A DNA stretch of 64,000 nt. Source: Trueperaceae bacterium (lineage in GTDB: Bacteria > Deinococcota > Deinococci > Deinococcales > Trueperaceae). Location of the stretch: contig JAXHLW010000013.1 in NCBI GenBank assembly GCA_034521815.1, forward strand, positions 224,001-288,000, in the 5' to 3' direction. Each line of letters begins with the position of its first letter. Position 1 is the stretch's first letter. The notes under the pieces were generated by a model, which ran no database searches, was not told the DNA's origin, and saw nothing but the letters and a program-made list of their open reading frames with translations. This document shows, piece after piece, positions 12,964 to 23,683 of the stretch. A program made the translations under genes and the position numbers.

Positions 12964-13748
12964 GCTTCGTCCTCGCCCGACAGCTCCTCTGCGCGGAGCG
13001 CCGCCTCTTCGACCGCGCGCATCACCGCGTAACGCGCGCCGTGTCGCTCCAGCGCGCGAACACCGGCGATGGCGGTCCCGCCCGGCGACGCGACCTCGTC
13101 CTTGAGATCGGCGGGGCCGGCGTCCTCGAGCAGGCGTGCGGTGGCGTGCAGGACCTGTCGCGCCAGCTCCTGGGCGGTCTCGCGGCCGAAGCCGGCGCGG
13201 ACGCCGCCGTCGGCGAGCGCTTCGGCGATCACCGCGGCGAACGCCGGTCCCGACCCGGCCAGGCCCGTGAACGCGTCGAACTGCGACTCGGGAATGCGGT
13301 GCACGCGACCGACGGCCTGGAACAGCGCCTCGGCGAACGCCAGGTCGTCGGCGTTCGCGCCGGGAAGCGCAGCGAGGGCTGTCGAGGAGAGGCGTACCCG
13401 TGCGCCGAGGTTCGGCATGGCGCGAAGCACTCGGCGACTCCCGACGCGGCGGGCGATCGCCTCGGCGGGGACTCCCGCCATGATCGAGAGGTAGCAGCCG
13501 GAGCGCCGCGCGATCAGCGGGGCGACCCGCTCGAACGCTTGCGGCTTGACGCCGATCAGAATCCGTTCGGCGTGATGAACGCCGTCGTCGTCGAGCTCCG
13601 CGACGCCGTAACGCTGGGCCAGCAAGGTGCGGCGCGCGTCGTCGGGGTGGTAGACCCCGACGTCGGCGGCGTCGAGCACGCCGGCGCGAAGGGCTCCTGT
13701 CAGCACGGCGCCGCCCATCTTGCCGGCACCGACGATGGCGAGCTTCAC
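12960..13748 (-). CDS. proC: Pyrroline-5-carboxylate reductase
   Basis: GAGKMG, VKPQ, RAMPN, GSGPAF and VASPGGTAI. Confidence 0.93.
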   Translation of the reverse strand: MKLAIVGAGKMGGAVLTGALRAGVLDAADVGVYHPDDARRTLLAQRYGVAELDDDGVHHAERILIGVKPQAFERVAPLIARRSGCYLSIMAGVPAEAIARRVGSRRVLRAMPNLGARVRLSSTALAALPGANADDLAFAEALFQAVGRVHRIPESQFDAFTGLAGSGPAFAAVIAEALADGGVRAGFGRETAQELARQVLHATARLLEDAGPADLKDEVASPGGTAIAGVRALERHGARYAVMRAVEEAALRAEELSGEDEA

Positions 13749-13776
13749 CGGATCGGACCTCCGTTCCTGACGCACG

Positions 13777-14142
13777 TTACCGCGCTGAACGGCGGCCTGG
13801 TGCCAACCATCTCACCGCGGAGGCGCCCAGCACGGCGCCGGCGAGGTCCGCCGCGAAATCGGCGAGCTGCGGCGTGCGCCCCGGCACGGCGCCCTGATGA
13901 AGCTCGTCGGCGACGCCCAGGCCGGCCGCCACCAACAGCGCCGGCACCACGCGAAGCCCGGCGAGCCGCAGCAGCACGGTCTGCACGAAGAACAGCCCGG
14001 CGTGCCCCACCTTGTCCAGCTGCGGAAGGTCCAGCAGACCGCTTCCGGGGGGATCGGACCGAGAGGACAGCCACCACACGCCGGCCGCCCAGGCGACGGC
14101 GGGGACCACGCGGAGCACGCGCACCAGCGCGGAGCGGGTCAT
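13777..14142 (-). CDS. VanZ family protein
   Basis: DKVGHAGLF and DELHQGAVPGR..DFAADLAG. Confidence 0.85.
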   Translation of the reverse strand: MTRSALVRVLRVVPAVAWAAGVWWLSSRSDPPGSGLLDLPQLDKVGHAGLFFVQTVLLRLAGLRVVPALLVAAGLGVADELHQGAVPGRTPQLADFAADLAGAVLGASAVRWLAPGRRSAR

Positions 14143-14591
14143 CGCGAGGGCGGCTCGGGCGCGGCGGGCTGCACCAGCTCGACCAGCACGCCCCCCGCCC
14201 ACGACGGGTGCAGGAAGGCGACGCGGCTTCCGGCCCGGCCCGGCCGCGGCGCCAGGTCCACGGCGCGCGCGCCCTCGGCCAGCAGACGCGCCAGCTCCGC
14301 GTCGACGTCGTCGACGCGGAACGCGACGTGGTGGACGCCCGGACCGCGCCGCTCCAAGAAGCGCGCGAGCTGCGACGTGTCGTCCAGCGGCGCGAGCAGC
14401 TCGATGGCGGCGTCGCCGGCGCGGAGCAGGCGGACGCGGACGCCCTGCTCCGGAACGGTCTCGTCGTCGAGCGCGGGCAGGCCCAGCTGGCTCCACGGCG
14501 CCGCTCCCTCGTCCAGGTCGCGCACGGCGATGCCGACGTGGTCGATCGGAAGCCCTGCGACGCCCGCTGGTAGCTCGTCGGGCCAGGTCAT
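14139..14591 (-). CDS. mce: Methylmalonyl-CoA epimerase
   Basis: IDHVGIAV, EQGV, IELL, GPGVHHVAFRV, AFLHP and GVLVELV. Confidence 0.88.
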   Translation of the reverse strand: MTWPDELPAGVAGLPIDHVGIAVRDLDEGAAPWSQLGLPALDDETVPEQGVRVRLLRAGDAAIELLAPLDDTSQLARFLERRGPGVHHVAFRVDDVDAELARLLAEGARAVDLAPRPGRAGSRVAFLHPSWAGGVLVELVQPAAPEPPSR

Positions 14592-15613
14592 GCCGCGCGT
14601 CCCTCGGGCGTCAGCTCGCCACGGAGATCGGTCGTGATCAAAGCCCGCACCGCCGCCGGCTCGCGTTCCCTCGACAGCAGCCAGATCAGCTTCGCCAGGG
14701 CGGCCTCGGCGGTCATGTCGCCGCCCGGGACCACGCCGGACGCGGCCAGCGCCGAACCGGTGGCGTAGTCGCCCATGCGGACGCCTCCGCGCAGGCACTG
14801 CGTGACGGCCGTGATCACCACCCCGCGATCGTGCGCCTCGGCCAGCACCTCGAGCAGGGCGGGGTCGCGCGGCGCGTTGCCCGCGCCGTACGTCTCGAGC
14901 ACCATCCCCTCGACCGGGTCGCGCAACACGTTGCGAAGCGTCTCGGCGCCGATCCCGGGAAACAGGCGCAGCGCCAGGACCTGCACGTCGCGCAGCCGGG
15001 TGGTGCGCAGAGGGCCGGGGCCGGCGGGTCGCAGGCGGTCGGTGGCCAGCTCGATCGTCACGCCCGCCCGGCCGATCGGTGCGGCGTCGGGACTCTCGAA
15101 CGCGTCGAAGCCCGAGGTCGAGACCTTCGTCGCCCGCACGCCCCGCAGAAGCCGGCCGCCCGCGTAGACGCCGACCTCGGCCAGCTCCGGGCGGGTCGCG
15201 AGCAGCAGCGAGGTGATCAGGTTCTCGCGCGCGTCGCTTCGCGCTTCCGCCAGCGGAATCTGCGCGCCGGTGAGAATCACCGGCCGGTCCAGGTCCTCGA
15301 GCAGGAACGCCAGCGCCGAGGCGGTGTACGCCATCGTGTCGGTGCCGTGAAGCACCACGAAGCCGTCGACGCCGGCCTGCTCCTCGACGAGCGTGTCGGC
15401 GACGCGTTGCCAGTCGGACGGTCGCGTGTCGGAGCTGTCCAACAGCGGGGCGTGCTCGACCAGGCGAAAGCTGGGAAGCTCGGGGCGTCCGAGCGCGTCG
15501 ATCCCGGCGAGCAGCCGCTCGAGATGCCCCGCCTCGGGAGCGTAGCCGTTCGGTCCGCGGCGCATGCCGAGCGTGCCACCGGTGTGGAGCAGCAGGACGT
15601 GGGGTCGGGCCAT
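14588..15613 (-). CDS. ansA: Type I L-asparaginase
   Basis: HTGGTLGM, HGTDTMAYTAS, GAQIP and DMTAEAALAKL. Confidence 0.9.
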   Translation of the reverse strand: MARPHVLLLHTGGTLGMRRGPNGYAPEAGHLERLLAGIDALGRPELPSFRLVEHAPLLDSSDTRPSDWQRVADTLVEEQAGVDGFVVLHGTDTMAYTASALAFLLEDLDRPVILTGAQIPLAEARSDARENLITSLLLATRPELAEVGVYAGGRLLRGVRATKVSTSGFDAFESPDAAPIGRAGVTIELATDRLRPAGPGPLRTTRLRDVQVLALRLFPGIGAETLRNVLRDPVEGMVLETYGAGNAPRDPALLEVLAEAHDRGVVITAVTQCLRGGVRMGDYATGSALAASGVVPGGDMTAEAALAKLIWLLSREREPAAVRALITTDLRGELTPEGRAA

Positions 15614-15641
15614 GACGCCAGCGTACCGCCCTGCCGCGCCG

Positions 15642-16190
15642 TCAGCGGATGCCGGGAGGCACCTGGGTCGGCGGCGGCTCGGGCAGGTTGCGCGGCATGG
15701 GCACGCCCTCGAGCCGCTTCATCACGCCGTTCTCGTTGCAGCCCACGAAGAACGGGCAGCGCAGGCACTCCGACCACACCCGGGGGTGCAGCTCGCGGGT
15801 CTTGTCGATCAGGGTGAAGCCGCACGCCTCGAAGAAGCCCACTTCGTACGTCCAGGCGAACAGGACCGGCACGCCGATCCGCCGCGCCTCGGCCTCGCAG
15901 GCGGCCACCAGCGCCCGGCCCACGCCGCGTGCCCGGACGTCCTTCGCGACCGCCAAGCCGCGCACCTCGGCGATGTCGCCCCACAGCAGGTGCAGCGCGC
16001 CGTTGCCGGCGAAGGTGACGGTCCCGTCGTCGTCCACCACCTCGGCGACGAAGAAGTCGCGAAGGTTCTCGAAGATGTTCTGCATCGGCCGGACCAGCAT
16101 CCGGCTCTGCGACGCCCAGTAGCCGATGTTCTCGAAGATCGCCGGAACGTCCTCGGCGGTGGCGTGCCGGACCCGGACGTCGCCGCTCAC
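15642..16190 (-). CDS. Short GNAT N-acetyltransferase, ArgA-like (N-acetylglutamate synthase)
   Basis: ENLRDFFV, AEVRGLAV, GVGRALV and VWSECLRCP..CNE; GTGA-coupled to argH. Confidence 0.75.
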   Translation of the reverse strand: MSGDVRVRHATAEDVPAIFENIGYWASQSRMLVRPMQNIFENLRDFFVAEVVDDDGTVTFAGNGALHLLWGDIAEVRGLAVAKDVRARGVGRALVAACEAEARRIGVPVLFAWTYEVGFFEACGFTLIDKTRELHPRVWSECLRCPFFVGCNENGVMKRLEGVPMPRNLPEPPPTQVPPGIR

Positions 16191-17617
16191 CGCGGGCCGA
16201 CCGCGGCGCCGGCCTCGTCGCCGTCGACCTGGTCGGCGTCCAGCTCTCCTCGGAGCGCCTCGATCCGCTCGCGAACGCGGCTGGGCGCCGTCCCGCCCCA
16301 GCTGGTGCGCCCCGACACGACCGTCTCGAGCGCCAGCGCGTCGTACACGTCCGCCTCGATCCGCTCGTCCAGCGTCCGCATCTCGGCCAAGGGGAGCGCC
16401 TCGAGCGGCACGCCCCGCTCCAGCGCGGTGGCGACCATGCGGCCGACGACCTCGTGCGCGTCCCGGAACGGCAGCCCCTTCTTGGCGAGGTAGTCCGCCA
16501 GATCGGTCGCGTTGGAGTACGCCCCCGCTGCGGCGGCGCGCATGCGCTCTTCGTGCACCTCGAGCCGCGGGATCATCTCCGCCTGCAAGGTCAGGCAGGC
16601 GCGCAGCGTGGCGACGGCGTCGAACGCACCCTCCTTGTCCTCCTGCATGTCCTTGTTGTACGCCAGGGGAAGGCCCTTCATCACCGTCAGCAAGCCCATC
16701 AGCGCGCCGTAGACGCGGCCGGTCTTGCCGCGGATCAGCTCCGAGACGTCCGGGTTCTTCTTCTGCGGCATGATCGAGCTTCCCGTCGTGTGGCTGTCGG
16801 GAAGCGTGACGAAGCCGAACTCCTGCGACGACCAGAGGATCAGCTCCTCCGACATGCGGGACAGGTGCATCATCGCGATCGCCGCGGCCGAGAGGAACTC
16901 GAGCGCGAAGTCGCGATCGCTCACGGCGTCCAGCGAGTTCTCGGCCGGGCGGGCGAATCCCAGCAGCGAGGCGGTCCGGTGCCGGTCGATCGGGAAGGTC
17001 GTGCCCGCCAGGGCGCCCGCGCCCAGCGGCGAGACGTCCATCCGCGCGAGCGCGTCGCGCAGGCGGCCCTCGTCGCGCGCGAACATCTCCTGCCACGCCA
17101 GCAGGTGGTGCGAGAACAGGACGGGCTGGGCGACCTGGAGGTGGGTGTAGCCGGGCAGGATCACGCCCAGGTGCCGCTCGGCGGCGTCCACCAGGACCAC
17201 GCGGTTGCGGCGGACCAGGCGCAGCAGGACGCGCAGGTGCCGCCTGAGCCAGAGGCGGAAGTCCGTCGCGACCTGGTCGTTGCGGCTGCGGGCGGTGTGG
17301 AGCTTGCCGCCCACCGATCCCAGCCGCTCGGTGAGGGCCGACTCGAGGTTCATGTGGACGTCCTCGAGCGCCACGCTCCAGTCGAAGCGGTCCGCCTCGA
17401 CGTCGTCGCGAAGCTCCCCTAAGCCCCTCACCAGCGCCTCGGCCTCGTCGGGCGCGACGATTCCCGTCTCGCCCAACATCGTGGCGTGCGCGATCGAGCC
17501 TTCGAGATCGTCGAGCGCCATGGCGCGGTCGACGTCGATCGAGGCGTTGAACGCCTGCACCAGCAGGTCGGTGTCCTCCGCGAACCGTCCGCCCCACATC
17601 CGTTTCGGCACGCTCAC
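16187..17617 (-). CDS. argH: Argininosuccinate lyase
   Basis: MWGGRF, EDVH, RSRNDQVATD, PGYTHLQ and GSSIMPQKKNPD. Confidence 0.96.
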   Translation of the reverse strand: MSVPKRMWGGRFAEDTDLLVQAFNASIDVDRAMALDDLEGSIAHATMLGETGIVAPDEAEALVRGLGELRDDVEADRFDWSVALEDVHMNLESALTERLGSVGGKLHTARSRNDQVATDFRLWLRRHLRVLLRLVRRNRVVLVDAAERHLGVILPGYTHLQVAQPVLFSHHLLAWQEMFARDEGRLRDALARMDVSPLGAGALAGTTFPIDRHRTASLLGFARPAENSLDAVSDRDFALEFLSAAAIAMMHLSRMSEELILWSSQEFGFVTLPDSHTTGSSIMPQKKNPDVSELIRGKTGRVYGALMGLLTVMKGLPLAYNKDMQEDKEGAFDAVATLRACLTLQAEMIPRLEVHEERMRAAAAGAYSNATDLADYLAKKGLPFRDAHEVVGRMVATALERGVPLEALPLAEMRTLDERIEADVYDALALETVVSGRTSWGGTAPSRVRERIEALRGELDADQVDGDEAGAAVGPR

Positions 17618-18116
17618 GGCGCCGATCCGGGCTGACGCTGCCAGGTGCCGCCCACGCGTTTGGCCAGCTTCACGACGTCGCCGTCGCGCGACTCCTCGCG
17701 GTAGCCGAGGCGCTCGTAGTAGGGAAGCAGGTCGGGCTGGCGCAAGGTGAGGCGCAGCGTCGGGACGTTGCGCTTGATCGCCAGCGCTTCGAGCTTCGTC
17801 ATCAGCCAGCGGCCGAAGCCCTGTCCCCGGGCCTCGGGCAGCGTGGCGATGCGGTCGACGTCCCAGCCGTCCTGGCCCCAGCGCCAGCGCACGGCGCACT
17901 GCGGACGCCCCTCGGCGTTCTCGAGCAGAACCGCGCCGCCGTGCTCCAGCCAGTCGCGCATTCCGGCGGCGTCCTCGAGGGGCGCGTCCACGTCGTCCGC
18001 CTCGCGGCCGGTCCGCCACAGGCCGGCGAGCGGCTCGGCGTCCGCGGCGGCGGCCCAGCGCAACCGTGCCGCGTCGTAGGCGCGTCCGGAGCCGAGGTCG
18101 CCGGCACCGGCCGGGG

Positions 18117-18120
<4 letters not shown>
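17614..18120 (-). CDS. GNAT family acetyltransferase
   Basis: [18 protein letters not shown] and YYERLGY; coupled to argG and argH. Confidence 0.8.
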
Positions 18121-19334
<1,214 letters not shown>

Positions 19335-19404
19335 GGTTCCTCCATCACGAAGACGGCCCACGGACCCGTGGTCACGCAGACGACGGCGCCCGTGGGGAAC
19401 GGGG

Positions 19405-19449
19405 TCAGCGGCGTCGGGCGCGGAGCGGGGTGTGAGCCGGTAGGTTCAT
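19405..19449 (-). CDS. Putative arg operon leader peptide [14 protein letters not shown]
   Basis: ATG at 19449 to TGA at 19405; four Arg codons in the last five, 70 nt upstream of argG. Confidence 0.7.
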   Translation of the reverse strand: MNLPAHTPLRARRR

Positions 19450-19462
19450 CGAAAAAGGGTCC

Positions 19463-19476
19463 TGCAAGCGTATGCA
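19463..19476. promoter_or_regulatory. ARG-box-like operator
   Basis: TGCATACGCTTGCA (minus strand), one mismatch to TGCAT-N4-ATGCA; upstream of argG. Confidence 0.6.
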
Positions 19477-19497
19477 AGCAGCGCGATAACGTTGCGC

Positions 19498-19526
19498 AAT
19501 GTAGCACCGGACTCGGGAGCGGTCAA
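19498..19526 (-). promoter_or_regulatory. sigma70 promoter of the arg operon
   Basis: TTGACC (19526-19521) - 17 nt - TACATT (19503-19498) with extended TGn. Confidence 0.7.
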
Positions 19527-20428
19527 GAGAGATCGGACCCCGCCAGCGGCGTTCTCCTGGGCCCCCTGGGGCGGATCCCGGACGCCGCGGCGCAGCCCAG
19601 CACCAACGCCGCCCCCGCCAGCCCCCAGGCGCCCAGCCGCTCGCCGTACAGCGCCCAGGCCAGCGCGCCGGCGACCAGCGGCTCGACCGTCGCGACCAGC
19701 ACGGCGCGCGACGCGGTCGCGCGCCGCAGCCCCAGGCCGTAGAGCAGGTAGGCGAGGTAGGTCGAGACGATCGCGGCGCCGGCCAGCAACGCCCAGGCCA
19801 GCGGCGGCTTGGCTCCCCACGTCACGAACGGCGCGATCCCGGCCGCGCCCAGCGGCAGCGCCAGTCCGTACAGCTGGACGGGCGCCTGCCGCACCAGCAG
19901 CCGCTTGCCCAACAGGTAGTAGCTCGCGTAGCCGAGCCCGGCGGCCAGCCCCCAGCCGATCGCCGCCGCCGAGGCGGTCACGCCCTCGCCGCGCGCCGAT
20001 GAGACCAGCGCCACGCCCACGACCGAGCCGCCGACCAACAGCCACTGACGCCGTCCCGGTCGCTCTCCCAGCACCGGACCCGCCAGCAGGGTCACCCACG
20101 CCGGTGCGGTGTACAGCAGCACGAACGCCAGGCTGATCCCGCCCAGATCGATCGCGCGGATCAGCGCGACGTAGAAAAGGCTCACGCCGACCGCGGCGAA
20201 GGCGACCGTCGCGAGACCGTTTCGCCACGGGAGCCGCACCAGCCGCCGAGCGGCGAGGGCGTGCGCCAGGAAGGCGCTTCCGCCGAACAGGGCCCGCCAG
20301 AACGCGATCTCGACCGCGCCGACCCCGAGGTCGAGCAGCCCGGCGGTGAACACGCCCAGCAGGCCCCACAGAATCGCGGCGGCCAGCACCAGCGCCAGGC
20401 CGATCGACTCGGCTCGGTCCTCGTTCAC
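19523..20428 (-). CDS. DMT/EamA family transporter
   Basis: About 10 TM helices; LYTAPAWV and ATVEPLVA. Confidence 0.88.
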   Translation of the reverse strand: MNEDRAESIGLALVLAAAILWGLLGVFTAGLLDLGVGAVEIAFWRALFGGSAFLAHALAARRLVRLPWRNGLATVAFAAVGVSLFYVALIRAIDLGGISLAFVLLYTAPAWVTLLAGPVLGERPGRRQWLLVGGSVVGVALVSSARGEGVTASAAAIGWGLAAGLGYASYYLLGKRLLVRQAPVQLYGLALPLGAAGIAPFVTWGAKPPLAWALLAGAAIVSTYLAYLLYGLGLRRATASRAVLVATVEPLVAGALAWALYGERLGAWGLAGAALVLGCAAASGIRPRGPRRTPLAGSDLS

Positions 20429-22743
20429 GCCTCGGACGTGGGGTCCCGCCTCGTCTCACGTTTCAGGTCGGCGGTCGCGTCGCGCTTCACCACGATCGGC
20501 TGAAGGCCGTACGACCTCGCCAGCTCCGGCCGCTGCTCGCGAAGCAGCCGCATGCGGCGCCGATAGCTGGCCGTCTCGACGGCGAAGCCGATCAGGTTCA
20601 AGGCCCAGAACGCGACGAGCAGCCCCGTTCGGAGGGCGGGCGACAGGCCCAGCGCGCCCTCCCCGGTGCGCCACGCCACGACCGCGTCGGCGGCGACCAG
20701 GGACCAGGGCACGAGCAGCATGAGCCCCCACAGCTCGTCGGCGTGGCCGCTGCCGGGCACCAGCAGCGCGCCGACGTGATACCCCACCGTCCTCGGCGCG
20801 TCGCGGGCGACGCGAGGCCGGGGGATCGCCACGAACGCCACGAGCGCCACGAGAAGCGAGGCGTACGTGATCAGGACCGCCCACCACCCCCAGGCGGGCA
20901 ACGCGAGCGGACGCGCCGCAGGAAGCGCGGACCATGGAGAGGTGGCGGCCCCGGACAGAGCGGATCGCCAGTCGCCCGCCACCGCCAGCCGCAGCTCCAG
21001 CGGCGTGGGGACCGACCAGAGCGGCGCGTCCGGCGTCATCGTGGCGTGGAACGGCGAAGGATCGTCCGTCCGCCCCAGGAGGTGCCGAGCGACCGGCTCG
21101 CGCGGGTCCGCTCGCAGGGCGGCCTCGAGCAGCTCCTCGTCCCCGCCGGCAGCGACCGCCCGGTTGGTGAGCGCCGGCGCCAAGGCGCCCGCGGCGAGCC
21201 ACGCCTCGCGCGCGGCGTCCGGCTCGCCGCGTTGCGCATGCGAGAGCCCCTTCACCAGCGCGGCGTACGCCGTGTCCGGCAGGGCCTCGGTCGCCAGGAT
21301 GGCGGACGGACTCGCCAACGTTCCCGACCGGAGCGAGACGGGCACCTCGTCCATGCCCTGATGCCAGCCGGCCAGAACCGCCTGGAAGCCCGCCAGCGCC
21401 AGGATGGCGACCAGCACCAGCTTCTCCGTGGTGCTGGCGTAGCGCGGCACCCAGGCCCGCGTCAGCGGGCTGTCGGTCCTGCCACGCTCGCGCCGCTGAC
21501 GGCGCAACAGCGACTGCGCGCGCCACACCTTGGCCAGCAGCACCAGCCACAGCAGCGCGAACACGGTCAGCAGCGCAGCGACCCCGCTCCAGCCCAGGCG
21601 AGCCAGGGCCAGGGCGAGCCGGTCCACCCACGTCGTCAGTCCGGCGCTGTCCAGCTCGCGTGCACGCTCGCGCCAGGTCTCGGCCGCCTCGCGGTCGCCG
21701 GCCGCGCGCAGCTCGTCGGCCAGGCGGTGGAGCGTCTCGACGCTGGCGGGGGCCTCTTCCGCCGCGAGGCGCCAAGCGTACGGACCCAGCAGGCGCGCCG
21801 ACGCCAGATCACCGTCGTCGAGGGCACCTTCGAGCGCTCGATCGGGAAAGCCGTAGGCGTCGCGCAGTGCGCGGTCGGTCGCGAGGCGTGGATCGTAGCC
21901 GCGCTCGGCGAGGTCCTGAAGCCCGGCCTCGAGCAGCTCCGGCGCCCGCTCCGGCACGCCCGCCTCGATCAGCGCCAGCGCCACCCCCATCGACTCGAAG
22001 AACGGCAGGCGCGAGGCCGCCTCGACCGAGCGCTCGAACCACGAGGCCCGCGCAGACGCGTCGTCCACGGCGCCTGCGGCGTACAGGGCGGCCCACGGAT
22101 CGGTGGGGTCGCGCTCGGCCCGCGCGACGGGATCCTCGGCGGCGGCCGCGGCGCGACGAAGCGCGCCGAACGCCGCGACGTCCGGATCGAAGCGCACCGG
22201 CGCCTGCACGCGACCGTCCTCGACGGCGAGCGTTGCCGAGCTGCCGTCCCTCAGAGCGACGACGACGGACACGTCGTCGGGTCCGACCTCGAGCCGCTCC
22301 GCCGTGGCGGGAAGGGGCGAGCGCTGCACGATGGCGCCGTCGTCCGCGGCGAGGGTGATCAGGTACGGCCCCTGACCCACCAGGACTCGACCGTTTCGTC
22401 GGAGCGGGGTCGTCATGTCGCCGGCGAGCTCGCCCGGTGCCCAGGTCCAGCGCACCCCGTCCGCATCCCTGAGCACGAGGGCGCCGTCCTCCAGGGCCGC
22501 GGTCGGAGCGTCGACGGCGTCGTCCTCCGGCAGCGGACCGTTCTCCTGCGGCGTGGCCGAGGTGTCCGGCGACGTCTGGGGCGCCGGCTGGCGAGAGCTC
22601 GGATCGACCGGTCCAGGCTGGGCGAGCGCTCCGCTCAGAACCGCCGCGACCAGAACCGCAGCGGCCAGGAACGCGAGGCTCGCGCGGTCGGCGAGCCACC
22701 GAAGGGGTGCGAGGCGAACGGGGAAACGCAGAGACGGCGCCAT
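20425..22743 (-). CDS. Large hypothetical membrane protein (helical repeats, several TMs)
   Basis: 772-aa ORF with N-terminal signal/TM, helical TPR-like regions and C-terminal TMs; coding-like codon usage. Confidence 0.75.
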   Translation of the reverse strand: MAPSLRFPVRLAPLRWLADRASLAFLAAAVLVAAVLSGALAQPGPVDPSSRQPAPQTSPDTSATPQENGPLPEDDAVDAPTAALEDGALVLRDADGVRWTWAPGELAGDMTTPLRRNGRVLVGQGPYLITLAADDGAIVQRSPLPATAERLEVGPDDVSVVVALRDGSSATLAVEDGRVQAPVRFDPDVAAFGALRRAAAAAEDPVARAERDPTDPWAALYAAGAVDDASARASWFERSVEAASRLPFFESMGVALALIEAGVPERAPELLEAGLQDLAERGYDPRLATDRALRDAYGFPDRALEGALDDGDLASARLLGPYAWRLAAEEAPASVETLHRLADELRAAGDREAAETWRERARELDSAGLTTWVDRLALALARLGWSGVAALLTVFALLWLVLLAKVWRAQSLLRRQRRERGRTDSPLTRAWVPRYASTTEKLVLVAILALAGFQAVLAGWHQGMDEVPVSLRSGTLASPSAILATEALPDTAYAALVKGLSHAQRGEPDAAREAWLAAGALAPALTNRAVAAGGDEELLEAALRADPREPVARHLLGRTDDPSPFHATMTPDAPLWSVPTPLELRLAVAGDWRSALSGAATSPWSALPAARPLALPAWGWWAVLITYASLLVALVAFVAIPRPRVARDAPRTVGYHVGALLVPGSGHADELWGLMLLVPWSLVAADAVVAWRTGEGALGLSPALRTGLLVAFWALNLIGFAVETASYRRRMRLLREQRPELARSYGLQPIVVKRDATADLKRETRRDPTSEA

Positions 22744-22834
22744 TCCTCACGGTACCGCACGGGCGCAGGCGGACCGTGGTCGGCTGGCCCTCCGCAGCCG
22801 AGCCCCGCCGAGGTCGACTGCTATACTCCGCTCG

Positions 22835-23683
22835 ATGTCCGACCGCTCCTGGTCCTCCTTGTCGGCGCCGTTTCCGTTGTCGAGCGTGCGCTGGCACGCC
22901 GTCGACCGAAGCCACGATGGACGCCTCGTCCGGCTGGCCCCGCACCTCGCCACCGACGCCCTCCGCGCTCGCTTGGACGAGGGGGCGGGGCCCGACGCCT
23001 GGTCGCTCACGCTCCGGGCCTGGGGCGACGACGCGTTGATCGCCGAGCTCGCGTTTCTCGGCGCCTCGGGCGCGAGCGTCTCCAGGGCGGTGGTGTCACG
23101 CGCGCTGAAGCTGCCCGCCCTGGCGGGAGCGGACGGCGTCGGATCGGTGAGCGCGGCGGACGCCACGACGGGCGCCGCCTGGACGGCGGCCGCAGCCGCG
23201 TTCGGCGCGACGGTGCCGATCGAGGTTCTCGACGACGGCTGGGTCGACGCCGACCCGGAGAGCGGCGAGGGCCTGCACCCGCCCGAGCACGGCGCGGCCA
23301 GCGAGGGGGTCGCGCCCCGCCAGGACGGCGCTTCTCGCCAGGACGGCGCGCGACGGGCGGCGCACGACGACGGTGCCGACGCGTCGCCGACACGACCGAC
23401 CTCTCCGCCGACAGCGCAGGGCGCATCGCAGGGGTCCGGCGCCAGCGGATCCGGCGGGACCGGATCCGGCGGGACCGGATCCGGCAGCGCCGAGATCGCC
23501 GACAAGCCGGACGGCCACCAGGTGATCGATCGCCTCGTCGAGCGCCTCCGCCAGGAAGGGCTTGGCGCCGACGCGGCCCGGCTCGTCACGAGCTACGGCG
23601 GCTACGGCGGCGACGCCGAGGCCAGCCGCGAGCTGTACGCGAAGCTCAGGGCCCTGCTGGTCCAACGGAGCGCCCGGCCGTGA
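22835..23683 (+). CDS. Rad52/Rad22 (DdrA-like) family protein, divergent
   Basis: LSAPFP..VRW and ARLDE..GPDAW N-terminus; C-terminal KPDGHQVIDRLVERL..YGGYG..ELYAKLRALL; TATACT -10 at 22822-22827. Confidence 0.7.
   Translation: MSDRSWSSLSAPFPLSSVRWHAVDRSHDGRLVRLAPHLATDALRARLDEGAGPDAWSLTLRAWGDDALIAELAFLGASGASVSRAVVSRALKLPALAGADGVGSVSAADATTGAAWTAAAAAFGATVPIEVLDDGWVDADPESGEGLHPPEHGAASEGVAPRQDGASRQDGARRAAHDDGADASPTRPTSPPTAQGASQGSGASGSGGTGSGGTGSGSAEIADKPDGHQVIDRLVERLRQEGLGADAARLVTSYGGYGGDAEASRELYAKLRALLVQRSARP

Noticed and set aside
13777-14142. vanZ as a glycopeptide resistance locus
   Set aside because: Stand-alone VanZ-like genes are widespread; no van cluster
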